In this document: in pieces, positions 1 through 12,190 of the stretch
How the letters are laid out: each line of letters begins with the position of its first letter
Numbering within the stretch: the stretch's first letter is position 1
Source of the DNA: Octopus sinensis
Taxonomy: Eukaryota
Length of the DNA: 64,000 nucleotides
Direction of reading: 5' to 3'
NCBI RefSeq assembly: GCF_006345805.1
Contig: NC_043004.1
Coordinates: 66,154,001-66,218,000, forward strand
Made by a program: the position numbers and the translations under genes
The notes under the pieces: model-generated
Seen by the model: only the letters and a program-made list of their open reading frames with translations
The model's database searches: none
What the model was told of the DNA's origin: nothing

Positions 1-719
1 ACTAACAGAAGAACGAGTTCTACAAATTGATAATGAAGCGTTGCAGAAACATACGTTTTCTTGTTCTATTCATAATGAATAACCTGCAGTCCTGCTTAGA
101 AACTGATAACAACTTCTTAGATTGGAGCCCATAGATTTCTGGCCTTTTTCTTTATTCACTAGCAAAAAAAAAAAAAAAAAAGATAAAAGTCATTTTGATT
201 TAGTGTTTATGTAGTTATTTCTTTCCTAGAATTTGAGAGATTTACGTTATGGAATCCTTAAGGATACATGTTTTGCTTCTGAGTATACCGAGAGTATATT
301 TGTTGGCATAGAGAAGGTTTTACGACAACACAATTTGATTTGCCTGTAATGATAAAGCGTATTGTTTATTGATATTATAGTCACAGTTTCATTCACATTG
401 ATAGTAGTTTGTTATTAAGCTGTAACCCACAGTGAACTGTAATCAAGCAGACTATTGATCAACAGACAATCCAACAGAGACCATAATATGCTGTGTAGAG
501 TGTAAAAGAATCTGGATCACATTGTCCATGGGCTGTATTCATGATCCTAGGGCACGATTTTTGAGAGTTCGACGACTGTTTCTAGTGGTTGGAGCGGCCA
601 TATTATAGTCCCTTCATTGAATCTGTATTTGGTCTGTCGACAAATGTTTCTGCTGGCTGTGCTGCTATAGCTTTGTTGCTGTAAGTAATGAATAACTGGA
701 CATTATATATGTAATACAA

Positions 720-932
720 AACGGCAAGAACAATCATTACTGCGCCGGGGCAAAATGCCTAGTAGTATTTTCTCGATCCTTACCATCTGAGTTCAAATTC
801 CGTGGAGGTTGGATTTGCGTTCATTGTGTCCTTTTTCATAAAAAAAAAACGCACCAGTTTAACATTAAGGTCGATATAATTTACTTACCTACTCCCACGA
901 TCTTGTTGGCCTTGTGCCAGAATTTGAAACCG
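720..932 (+). mobile_element. Decayed SINE (family B: ...gggcaaaatgcttag...ctgagttcaaattcc...ggccttgtgcc...tttgaaacc)
   Basis: B-box-like GAGTTCAAATTCC and the shared tail ggccttgtgccagaatttgaaacc. Related decayed copies at about 950-1135, 2640-2830, 22475-22570, 33520-33690(-), 49450-49650, 53060-53270, 54345-54545, 55510-55700(-). Confidence 0.65.
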
Positions 933-1649
933 ATAATGCATATATAAGGAAGGTGACGGACAAAATCCTGAGCCGCACTTCGTCCGTCCATATGGTTTAA
1001 GTTCAAATTTCTGGCTCGACATTGTCATGCCTGCATTTGGAGACAGCAAATTCAGTACTAGTAATCACTGGAATAGATGAAATCGACTTCCTCCCTCTTC
1101 GAAATTGGTGTCCTCGTGTCAGAATTGGAAACCAACATTTTGCAGTTTTTTTCCCAGCCATCGTTATTCAAGAATATTTTGTCTCATAGACTTATTTTGC
1201 TTTTCTATATGGACGAGTTCGTTGTTCTAAATTTTACAGCGTTATAGCTTATGCTTTTGGTGAAATGAATGAATTCTAGGCTTCTTTCATTGCTGTATAG
1301 TATCCATCGTGTGGTGTGGTTTTGAGTAAAAATGTCGCTTTTAAATAACGTTTGATAATTATTTTCTGCTTACTACAACTCATAAATTTCCTGGATAAAG
1401 CAAGAATAGAAGGATATCGCGTTTATATCCCAATAAATTACATATCACTTATATCACATGATATAACATAGTTTAGTTGACCTTATGTATTAGAACTGCT
1501 ACCTATATTCACGCTATATCATCTGAATATTTGGCATGCTTTAGCAAAACTTAATGTGGGTAGGACTAATACATACAATATTGCCCCACTGCTTTCAGCT
1601 GATGTTGTTCAGGGCATAAGGTGTGCTTTTTACCTCTACCACATGTTGG

Positions 1650-1940
1650 CACCAGACCCTTTATAGACGTTGTTCTAAGGGCGTAAAAGGCTAGAAAATA
1701 TAACAAAGGCACAAATGTGCACAAGGGTTTGTAGTGTATTTATAAAGCAACGTCTATGAAATTTGTGCAATCAGCGAACCTTTTTTTGATTCGGTCAAAA
1801 GCGCCCATCTGTGTATCAAGAGTACCATCACCGATGTGAGTCGAAATGTATTCCGTGAGTAATACGAAAGACTGGCGAGTTGTTGGGTTTGAAGCATTTT
1901 ATAGACTCTGACTTGGAAGGCCAGGCTTTGGGAACCAGTT
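1650..1940 (-). pseudogene. Highly decayed L2/CR1/jockey-type LINE ORF2 C-terminal fragment
   Basis: Minus-strand translation with frameshifts gives TEYISTHIGDG..AFDRIKKR and TLQTLVH, resembling the LINE EYCSHIW..LDRIQ..L.HRR region. Weak match. Confidence 0.3.
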
Positions 1941-3444
1941 CTAGGTTATATAATAGTGAAAATTAGGGAATGTAGGATTATTTGCGTGATATGCGCAGAT
2001 ATAGAGTACAATCGCGTCGATGGCTTATAATCACATTCGTGACACCTATTTTCCTTTCCATTTGCCTTAAGACTCAGAAGCCTGGAGCCTAAGTAGATCT
2101 CCACGCGTTTACGTGATTGAGATTACAACGCCCCATCTGCGAAATGAGACACCTTTCTGTTACAGGATTACCTGCGCTATAATTGCGGGAGCACATTTTC
2201 AGCAAACTGGAGAGGAACAAAGTTACATTGTTTTGTGCTAGAACAAGTCACACGGCTCAGTTGGAAAAACGATTCCTGATGGAACGACTATCAGCACAGT
2301 ATCATAGTCACGCCCATTCACATTGGTGAGGCATTTAGCTAACATTGGACACAAAGCGAGCAGCAAATATTATTGCATTCTTCGTGATATCATTTTTTCT
2401 CACAGAGTTTTAAGACAGTGAGACGGAACCGTTAGCAGACCGGGGGAAAACTATTAACTGCATAGATCTGGTTTGAACTGATTTCGAAGTACACCGATTT
2501 CTATTTACTTTTCATGTTTTTGAGATCAAGCAAATGAATACCAATTATGCACTGCTTTAGGAAAAGCCCTTTACCTAAATTTCATGCTTTGTGTCTATAG
2601 TAGAGAGGGTTAATACTCATAGAGATAAAGTAGCATACTAGCAGAGACGTTACCGTTCCGACAAATATCGTTCGTTTTTAAGTTCTAAGTACAAATGCAA
2701 CCAAGACAATTTTACCATTCATCCTTCAGAAATCAATAACAGAAGAGCCAGTCAGGTAATGGTGCCAACGTAACCGACTTGTCCCACTCACCAAATTTTA
2801 AGACTTGTGCCGATAGCAGAATGGATTATTACACAGGGAAACGCCATGGTTAAGACGAAGGGAAAAGAATAGAACAAAAGATTGTTTGTGGAGAACCTCT
2901 TGGCATAGAATCATATAAAATTACTGTAGTTTCGAAGAGGGAAGAAACTGCTGGCTGTACGATGCATAGAAGTAAGATTTCACAGTTCGAGCATGGTGTC
3001 AATATGTCGCAGACCTTGATGGTCTTCAGTAATTACAAACGATTCACTACCATAGTAATCGGAGGCTCATATGGCGTGCAGTAATACAGAGGTTCCTTTA
3101 ACCTAAATACTTGAAGCATATATATCGTACATTTCCTTTTATTTATCACAAAATCAACACATGTGTATGAATGTACGTTTGTTTTGAGTGCTCGTCATAA
3201 TGTGTAAATGTATGTATACTGAAAATATAACCTTAACATATGGGTTTGTTTACAAATCATTATCTGCTTAACCCTATGTTAGACTCATGAAATTAGCTTT
3301 CATATTCGATATTTGTTACGCACATGTCAAGGGACAATGGGGCGGTGTTCACCTATGTAGGTCTTACATGTAGTCATTTATGTGTGACTCTCATTACGTA
3401 TGTATTTGTTTGTGTAGATGTGAGAATTAAACAGAAACTGTGGA

Positions 3445-3447
3445 TTC

Positions 3448-3485
<38 letters not shown>

Positions 3486-3495
3486 GTATATATAT

Positions 3496-3527
<32 letters not shown>

Positions 3528-3593
3528 ACATACATATACACATAGGTATATATATATATATATTATATATATATATATATACACACACACACA

Positions 3594-3642
<49 letters not shown>

Positions 3643-3700
3643 AGAGAAAGTGAGAGAGAGAAAGGGAAAGACAGAGTGGGAGAGGAATAAGAGAGAGAGA
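3445..3700. repeat. (TA)n/(CA)n/(GA)n microsatellite
   Basis: Direct reading; explains the YI-repeat ORFs. Similar tracts occur throughout the window. Confidence 0.95.
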
Positions 3701-3896
3701 AACATATAGGTATACGTGTAGAGAAAATGGTTATTGGAATCGAAGCCAACTCAATATATTCTCTTGCTGCAATATAACTAGTTTTCACATTTTTGATGAT
3801 AGAAACTCTTGAAAGCCAGCAGATAAGATTTTCTCATTTCTTAACAACATACATTGGAAAATACGTTAAACAACAAACATATATTAGAATGAAGGT

Positions 3897-3927
<31 letters not shown>

Positions 3928-4199
3928 ATGGTCACTTTAATCGCATAACTCCTTTTGTTTCACTGGCTACCATTTCCAGGAAAGATAAAGAGAATGTTAT
4001 CTGCCAACGAGGAATTTTTGGCTGGCAATTATCTCCTCAAAGTGTGACAAAAGAACAAAAAGTTACTGAATGAAAAATACAAGATACAAGCATATATAAC
4101 AGAAACAAGAAAATAATGAAAAAAGTGTTGAGCCGATTTGCTACTGCTGCTGCTGCTACTACTACAACTACTCCCACCACCACCACCACCACAACCACG

Positions 4200-4219
<20 letters not shown>

Positions 4220-4243
<24 letters not shown>

Positions 4244-4457
4244 CCCAGCCGCTGCTGATGCTGCTTGTGCTGCTGCTGTTGCAACTACTACTACTGCTGA
4301 TGGTTGTGGTGGTGGTGGTGGTGATGATGATGATGATACTCATCGCATCTGTATTGGCAAGAATGCCCTGCACATACGACGCAATAAAACATAAGGCAAA
4401 TTAAAGCTTTTCAAATTCGTTTCTGTGTACTATAACATGTATATTCGTACTATGGCA

Positions 4458-4493
<36 letters not shown>

Positions 4494-4664
4494 CGCAGGG
4501 TTGGCTGTGTGGTAAGTAGCTTGCTTACCAACCACATGTTTCCGGATTCATTGACACTGCGTGGCACGTTAGGCAAGTGTCTTCTACTATAGCCTCGGGC
4601 CGACCAAAGTCTTTTGAGTGGATTTGGTAGACGGAAACTGAAAGAAGCCCGTCGTATATATCTA

Positions 4665-4704
<40 letters not shown>

Positions 4705-4903
4705 TGCAATAGTACGAATATACATGTTATAGTACACAGAAAGGAATTTGAAAAGCTTTAATTTGCCTTATGTTTTATTGCGTTGCATGTGCAGGACCTT
4801 CTTGCCAATAAAGATGAGATGAGTATCATCATCATCCTCATCATAACAATTATCACCAGTAGTAGTAGTAGGAACAGCAGCAGCAATAGTAGTAGTAGTA
4901 GTA
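4220..4903. repeat. Long inverted repeat (arms about 4220-4490 and 4660-4903) with a SINE in the loop
   Basis: 4335-4460 (gatactcatcgcatctgtattggcaaga...tcgtactatggcatgc) is the reverse complement of 4702-4830 (gcatgcaatagtacga...tcttgccaataaagatgagatgagtatc). The triplet tracts also mirror (cta/tag, ctg/cag, gat/atc). Confidence 0.9.
4491..4656 (+). mobile_element. tRNA-derived SINE head (family A)
   Basis: A-box-like TGGCTGTGTGGTAAG, decayed B box and the conserved end gatttggtagacggaaactgaaagaagcccgtcg followed by (TA)n; many copies in the window. Confidence 0.85.
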
Positions 4904-5094
4904 TATATGTATGTATTTATTTATATATAACATAATGTACACTAGCCATCTCAATATGGCTAACCACTAAGGGTGGGTGTTACTGAAGCTTTTAGCCCCA
5001 GGAAATCATCGTCTCCAGCTGGCTTTAGACACATTTTCTGTGCCTTCTGATATTCGCAAAGGGAGGTCATCCCCTTTCGTAAACCTAAGTGATA

Positions 5095-5139
5095 CGCACG
5101 GACTATAGTTTCGAGGTTTTTGCCTCTCGTCAACGTACG
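5095..5139 (-). ncRNA. Minimal type I hammerhead ribozyme motif (U3 variant)
   Basis: Minus strand reads cgtacg-TTGACGA-gagg caaaaa cctc-GAA-actatagt-C-cgtgcg, identical to the core of 5446-5490. Confidence 0.8.
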
Positions 5140-5443
5140 GCAATCACCGGTTTTCGATGAGGAGAGACCTGTTTGCGAATATCTATTTAATGTTTTTCCC
5201 AGCAACCACTGTCACTGATTTCGAAAAACTGTCTGAAAGCAATAATAAATCTCTGAACAAGATGTAAACAGTAACCGCTCGACAATGTAAAGTATACTAG
5301 CCATCTCAATATGGCTAACCACTAAGGGTGGGTGTTACTGAAGCTTTTAGCCCCAGGAGATCATCGTCTCCAGCTGACTTTAGACACAATTCCTGTGCCC
5401 TTATGATATTCGCAAAGGGAGGTCATCCCCTCTCGTAAGTAAT

Positions 5444-5492
5444 TACGTACGTTGACGAGAGGCAAAAACCTCGAAACTATAGTCCGTGCGTA
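5444..5492 (+). ncRNA. Minimal type I hammerhead ribozyme motif (U3 variant), predicted cleavage after GUC at 5484
   Basis: Stem I tacgtacg/cgtgcgta (one G-U), core UUGACGA, stem II gagg/cctc, GAAA, palindromic stem III actatagt, GUC triplet. Confidence 0.85.
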
Positions 5493-5649
5493 TCACTTAG
5501 GTTTACGAAAGGGGATGACCTCCCTTTGCGAATATCATAAGGGCACACAGAAAGCGTGTCTAAAGCCAGCTGGAGACGATGATCTCTTGGGGCAAAAAGC
5601 TTCAGTAACACCCATCCTTAGTGGTTAGCCATATTGAGATGGCTAGTAT

Positions 5650-8380
5650 TCCACGGATCCGCAACCCGGACGGGGAAAGCCCCTCTCCTTCGATTGAGAT
5701 GAAATCGTCGCAGATAGAACTTTTCGGAGTGACCCCGCAGCCGACGCTCTGGAGCAGGAGTGAAGAACAGCTCTTTCGAGAGGTTACACTTCCCGCTTAT
5801 GATGTTGTGAGCAAGAATGAGATCACCACGGCGTCGTTGTTTTTCTAGAGGATAAAGGTCGAGCGTCTACAGCCTTTCTTCATACGACAAATGCTTGAGA
5901 CCAAGAACCATGCGGGTAGCCAGCTTCTAGAGTCTTTCGAGATGATATATGTCTTTGGGGAGATAAGGAGAAGAGGCTTGAATCCCGTACTCCAATATGG
6001 GTCTCACCAGCGTGACATAGAGCGGTAGGAATATGGCTGCTGTGAGCATTCCGAATGACAGTCGAATCAAAAACTTGTTGGCAGCATAGACGCACTGGGC
6101 CGAAGGCGAAAAGGAAGAATCCACCAAGATACCCAGGTCCTTTACCTGGTCGGTCCTCTCCAGCAGCAGACGACCCGGCTCGAAATCAAGTTGAGTTGCA
6201 GGAGAGGAGCCAACAGGCAGATGACAGCACTTTGACAAGTTCAAACACAGGTCCCATTCGTTAGACCATCTCCAAACTTGGTGGAGGCATCGACGAAGAT
6301 CATCTATATCACCGCGAAGAGCGACCAATTTGACATCATCGGAAAATAGAAGAGTGTGTTGCGTGAGGTCGTCGGGCAAGTCATTTATGAAGACTAAGAA
6401 CAATAAGGGCCCAAGCACTGAACCTTGAGGCACGCCACTGCTCGTACTGGAGACGTCGGACAGCAAACCATTAACTTGGACTTGGAAGGAGTGATCTGAA
6501 AGGAAGGCACCAACCCATCGTACAATATCCGGATGGAAACTATATGCTTGAAGCTTGACAAGTAATAGGCGGTGGTTTACCGAGTCAAAAGCTTTGGCAA
6601 AGTCCAATAAAACGATGTCAACAGCCTCACCATAATCCAGGATACGCGTCACCAATTCTTCCATTACCAGTAAGTTGGCCAAGCATGAACTCTTCGGCAT
6701 GAAGCCGTATTCGGAATCAGAGATAGAGGCTGTGCTTTGGAGGTAGAGCAACATACTTTTCTTAAGGATGGCTTCGAACAACTTGCTGATTATTGAAGTA
6801 AGGGAAACCGGTCGGTAGTTAAGCGGGTCTTTGCGGCTCCCTTTCTTGAAAATTGGGCAGATTATCGCTGTTCTCCAGTCCGCAGATATAACACCCGTCG
6901 CCAATGACATATTGAATAGAAGTGTTAAAGGTTCGCAGATGACCGGAGCCAACGCTTTGATAACCTGCGGGTGTATGCCGTCAGGGCCGTGACCCTTGTT
7001 GACATCGAGGCCTTGAATAATGCGTTAGACTTCGTCCCGCGTAATGACCAATCTAGGCATTGGAGGTAGAGATCTATCAAATGGAGGGTGTTCCCGACCA
7101 TCATCTTGATTGAAAACAGTTGAAAAAGCCTCGGCAAGTAACTGACTCTGTTGATAAGGGTCCTCAATCGATACGCCTGTTGAGTCTACCAACGTTGCAA
7201 TTTGGTTGTTCAAGCGTGAATTCCGCTGGACATGGGCAAAGAAGGTTTTTGGCTTGCGACTGGCGTTTGCTGCGATTTTGTATTCATATCTGAAGCGTTC
7301 TTCCTTTTCAATTTTCACGGCTCGGTCTCGTTGAGTTTCGTACACCTCAAAAGCTGCAGTCGAATCTAGATTTTTGAATTTAGCCCAAGCAATATCTCTG
7401 AGTCGAAGTTTGCGTTTAACCTTCTTCGTCACCCAGGGCTTGTGTTTCTACCTTTTGGGAAGCCCAACGGGATCTGCTTGGTCAGTCAACCAGATTACAT
7501 ATGCTTTGAGGGACGACCATAGTTCGTCAACTTAGGACATCGTCATCAGGGATCGGCAGTCCAGAAGCGTTGAAGCCTCGGTTAGAATTTCAAGATTGAT
7601 TGCAGAGAAGACTCTACGTGGCAGCGAAGTAGTCATGGGCGTAGAAAAAGTAGTGTACATGTCGAACTTCAGGACCGCGTGATCACTCTTGGCAAGAGGG
7701 GCGCACACACATATTGACACTGATATTGGATAGCGGGAGAATACCAGATCCAGCATAGATGGCTGATGCCCAGACCGATGCCTTGTCGGATATTCAACAT
7801 GTTGCGATAGAAAACAATCTTCAGTCACGTCAAGAAGGGCCTGGCCGAACCGGCAAGGTGATATACAAATTGGTGCGGGCCAGTCGATCGTGGGAGCGTT
7901 GAAGTCTCCTAATATGAAACAGTCATGTGAAGCTGAAACGAATCTTATCGCTTCGAGTAAATGAGCATCGTCCTGGGGTCGGCAAGAGGCGGCCTGTAGA
8001 CAGCTAACACGGGCAGGCAAAACCTGAATAGACTTAGCTTGCAATAGACGGCATCGAATTTTGTTGTAGGTTGAGCATTGGTGGGTAGAATACCACTGGA
8101 CGGTTTGAGATCAGATTTAACATACACAGCCACCACTCCACCTCGCCTTTTTTCTTTCTCACATCTGAAGAGGGCGTAGCCCTGTAGGTGGATTTCCGAG
8201 TCCTTTACTGCTGGAGACAGCCATGTCTCAGTGATAGCTATCACATCTGGGGAATCACGCATGGCCAGTGTAAATAATTCGCTGAACTTTGGAAATAAGG
8301 AGCACGAATTGGTATAGACGATGCTGAGTTTGAGGGGCGGGAATTAGGGAACAAGCAGAATAAGGGGTACGCAAGGTTGA
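5650..8380 (-). mobile_element. Decayed CR1-clade LINE ORF2 (APE endonuclease + reverse transcriptase)
   Basis: APE motifs PDVIAITETW, GDFN, SDH; RT motifs NYRPVSLTS, LDFAKAFDSV, GVPQGSVLGP, FSDD, KDLG; CR1-like C-terminus RRRGDL...PWN. Broken by stops and frameshifts; the 3' end is cut at 5650. Confidence 0.92.
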
Positions 8381-8384
8381 CACG

Positions 8385-8531
8385 TAAGAGTGGCTGTGTA
8401 GTAAGTTGCTTGCTTACCAACCACATGGTTCCGGGTTCAATCTCACTGCGTGGCACCTTCTACGATAGCATCTGGCCGACCAAAGTCTTGTGAGTGGATT
8501 TGGTAGACGGAAACTGAAAGAAGGCCGTCGT
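8385..8531 (+). mobile_element. tRNA-derived SINE head (family A), internally deleted
   Basis: gagtggctgtgtagtaag...ggttcaatc...gatttggtagacggaaactgaaagaagg followed by (TA)n. Confidence 0.85.
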
Positions 8532-8543
8532 ATATATATATTA

Positions 8544-8584
8544 TATACAGCTGTTTCCGGGATATTTCCCTTCATCGGATACGG
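8544..8584 (-). ncRNA. Hammerhead-like motif (C4 variant), truncated at the predicted cleavage site
   Basis: Minus strand: CCGATGA-a-ggg aaatat ccc-g-GAA-acagctgt-A, then (TA)n in place of the 3' strand of stem I. Confidence 0.55.
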
Positions 8585-8758
8585 TGTGAGAAAATAGTTG
8601 AACAATAGTTGTTTGAGATAAGATATGATATAATTATTTTAGATAAGACATGAAACAGAGAGTGAGTGAAGTTATCTAAAATAAATATTGCTTAACCATT
8701 TTCTCACACCGTCTCCAATGAAGGAATATATAAAATATCCCGGAAACAGCTGTAAGAC
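8546..8758. mobile_element. Inverted Penelope pLTR-like pair, each arm with a hammerhead-like motif
   Basis: tacagctgtttccgggatattt...ggtgtgagaaaat is the reverse complement of attttctcacacc...aaatatcccggaaacagctgta. Confidence 0.7.
8711..8758 (+). ncRNA. Hammerhead-like motif (C4 variant, decayed)
   Basis: Stem I gtct/agac, core CCAATGA, imperfect stem II, GAAA, palindromic stem III acagctgt, GUA triplet ending at 8754. Confidence 0.55.
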
Positions 8759-8967
8759 CTATTATATATGTTCTAAAACCTCTCACAGCCTTGGATTTTT
8801 ATCTCATTCTGAATATTTTTTTATATGTATACATGCTGATACATGACCTACGTTGGACTCCTCATTCGCATAATCACCGAAACTAGAGATTAACTATACT
8901 CTGTCCATAGCACTTACTCAGCATTACCTGACACTTTTGGGCCTTTTTGACACCATTATCTCTCAGA

Positions 8968-9072
<105 letters not shown>

Positions 9073-9626
9073 TATATATATATAATATATACACACATGT
9101 GTTTTACGCATCTAAAGCACATGATGCTTACTGCCGATTTTCCTTCGTCTGAAAATGCAATTCCACATTACTTTCACAAAAGTTGGTAATGATTGTTATC
9201 ACATAATGTTACAAGGTGTTAAAAAAATAATAATTTCACGTAAAACGCCAAAATATGATAGATGTACACTGGATTACAGAAGTATTTTGTAGCAATATAA
9301 ATGAAGAATTATCAGGTAAACGCTGAAATGTTTGGCCCACTGCAACACCACATCATTATGTATGGTGTTTACGTACATATTTTTATGTAACTAGATAACA
9401 GTGAATGAGAAATTACTCGTATGTGTTTGAGTTAGAAAGAATGGAAAATGTATTTATTCTAGGTTTATGTAATTTCATAAAACAAATAGGAACATAGACT
9501 TACACGCAAAAAAAACTGAGAAATAAAATACTTTCGTAGAAACAAATTATCACAAAGCTGAAAAACTATGCGGGATACAACAAAGAAATCATACATTATT
9601 ATTATTTTATACACAAACACACACAT

Positions 9627-9691
<65 letters not shown>

Positions 9692-9862
9692 AACATGAAA
9701 AAAAAAGAAATGCAAGATATAACAGTATGACAGCTTGCAAATTGTCGTCTGTAGTAGTTTTTGAAAATTATTCGGGAAAACAGCAATTAAGAACTGAGAA
9801 AGAAAGCAAACTTACACATTTATATAAGATACATGTGTGTGTAAATACATATTGTGTGTTGA

Positions 9863-9900
<38 letters not shown>

Positions 9901-9916
9901 TATATATGCATATTTA

Positions 9917-9960
<44 letters not shown>

Positions 9961-10071
9961 TACTCACACACATATTACATATCAAAATGTTTATTTTCAA
10001 TTCCAGTGTAGAATACTTTTGTTTCACATGTACATACGCATATGCTACATATGTATTTGAAATATATGTAT

Positions 10072-10410
10072 GCAGGTGCCCGTACTAGATTTGACAGTTT
10101 GCATTAAAGGAAAAGAACAGTAATCCAACGCAAAATAAAAGTATTTAAAAAACAAGCAACTGGTATAAAGTAAATTATGTTTGAGAGATAACATTTTACT
10201 GAAAGTAGCCTTACTTTTTTTCAACCATTGCCTCAAGATCTTCAAAATACTCCTTGATATTGTCCACAAGCTCGGCCTTACTGTTGCGGGCATTGGTGTT
10301 AGTGCAATTCTCAAAAGCGCCCCATAAATCTTAATCTATGAATTTACAAGAGGGAGAAATAGGAGGCCAGAAATAGAGACTAAGAAAGTCATTCAAATTC
10401 TCTGACAATT
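10072..10410 (-). mobile_element. Tc1/mariner (maT/DD37D-like) transposase C-terminal remnant with right end
   Basis: Minus strand: LSENLNDFLSLYFWPPISPSCKFID*DLWGAFENCTN..ELVDNIKEYFEDLEAMVE..GYFQ*, matching WPPNSPDxNPxD. Possible terminus caggtg near 10073. Confidence 0.65.
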
Positions 10411-10714
10411 ATTTCTGTCTCTTTACAGATGCATAGAAAGGGATAGTCCATAGCCGGAATATTTTCTACTTTAGAGGATTGTATATATATATTTTTTCGC
10501 CTTCAATCTGAAATATTCGTAGATGAAAGTCGGCACACATTATTAAGTGCATAACTCATGTGGTCTAACTTCTTGATACAGCCCAGTTAAATCATCGAAC
10601 CCATTTCAGCATGGACAACGGAAGTTAAATGATGATGAGGATGATATACACACACAAATATACATATACATATATACATACACATACGCACACACACACA
10701 GACATACACACTCT

Positions 10715-10753
<39 letters not shown>

Positions 10754-10869
10754 CGTAATTCCTGGCCATGTCGCGGTTCACCTATAGCTGTTTGTTATTT
10801 AAACATACGTCGATTCCTCTGTGTCATTGTTTTGCATCTATAATAAAATACATATATACAAATTTTGAA

Positions 10870-10981
10870 AATAATTTTAAAAATACAGAGTACGGTACTG
10901 TTTTTACTTCGCGGATTTTCACATATTGCGGGGTTGGGTTGGTTGGAACATAACATCTGCGTTAGTCTAGGTATTACTGTA
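10870..10981. mobile_element. Possible pogo/Tigger-like MITE end
   Basis: Reverse complement begins TA|CAGTAATACCTAGACTAACGC, similar to pogo/Tigger TIR starts; the partner TIR was not found. Confidence 0.35.
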
Positions 10982-11749
10982 TATCTAGGGCTGAAATATT
11001 GAATGTGCTGTTACATAGATTACGATTTACCTTATGTGGATTTCTGTCCGTGCATAATTCTGGTCTGACGTCAGTCTATCTTTCGAAGCATAGTAGTCGG
11101 CTAACAACTCCTCAAAAATTATTGAGAAACTAACAGTTTTAAAATGGCTTTTATCTTTTTATAAAATGCTGGTCTCTACATGAATCATTTGTGTTTGTAG
11201 CAAGGAGATTACAAACATCATTTATGTTACATTCTTCAATTATATTCCTGTTCAGCAATTTCTCAAGGAAAGTGAAAAACGATGAGCGCAAATATCTCGT
11301 GTGACTTGTGTCTTTAAAGCAGATTAGATTTTTGTATAATGTCCATGTATGAGATCCATTCAATAATGTTGAATATCTTCAATAATGTTGGAGTATCTTG
11401 AAAAGTAAAACCCAAATCCTTGTTTTAAGTGAAATATCACGGATGTTCCAAATGTGTTTGGATTCTCTAAAAAAGATACTTTACAAAATATTGTTTAGAA
11501 ATATAATCGGATTTTAAAATTTAAATATCAATAACGTATTTCTAATTACACGTGCATACACACTCCTCCGCAAACAGACACAGATATGCAATCCATCTCT
11601 GACTCTCTGTCTGACTGTTCTCTCAAACACACACACGTTCAATGTTCATTCAGAGATTAAGTCAGATTCTGTGTATAATACAATCTTACGTTGAATAGCA
11701 GATTGTCCAAACCACATAGTTACACAATCAATACTTCCTCTTTTCTTTT

Positions 11750-11951
11750 CGGCTTTGTGGTTAAGAAGGTCATTTTGCATACATTTGGTTTTAGGTTCAG
11801 TCTCACATCGGGGCACTTCGAAAAAAGTGTCTACACTATATCTCTCTGTTAACAAATATATTACGAGTGAATGTGATAAGATGCAGCAAGAAACGCCTTC
11901 GCGTATATTTACGCCTTTGTATATTTCTGTGTGTATGCTTGTGTGTGTGCC

Positions 11952-11999
<48 letters not shown>

Positions 12000-12190
12000 T
12001 TCGTGTTTGTGGCTTTCTCCACCACCGCTTGACAAAGGGTGTTAGCCTTTTTGCACATCCGTAGATTAGCAGTTCGATAAAAGTGACCGTTAGACAGGCT
12101 ACCAGACCTTTACAAAAATAAGTATTCCATTCGATGGTTCAAACAGATGCCCAAGCATGACCTAAGCCCAATGATTAAAACAAAGAAAAA
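11750..12190 (+). mobile_element. Decayed composite SINE (family A head + (TG)n + tail)
   Basis: Head ggctttgtggttaagaag...ggttcagtc; tail ccaccaccgcttgaca...agcatgacc..aatgattaaaacaag. Confidence 0.65.

Larger units (their letters stand above)
4941..5649. mobile_element. Non-coding Penelope-like pLTR / retrozyme-like unit: partial tandem on - strand (355 bp period) plus inverted copy on + strand
   Basis: actagccatctcaatatggcta... starts at 4941 and 5296; 5444-5649 is its reverse complement. Two copies carry a hammerhead motif and all three end at the same point. Confidence 0.75.

Noticed and set aside
4941-5649. Interpretation as a MITE with 200 bp TIRs or as a Helitron (terminal CTAG)
   Set aside because: No TSD, a third internal copy, and hammerhead motifs fit a pLTR/retrozyme better; the CTAG overlaps the hairpin rather than lying downstream of it.
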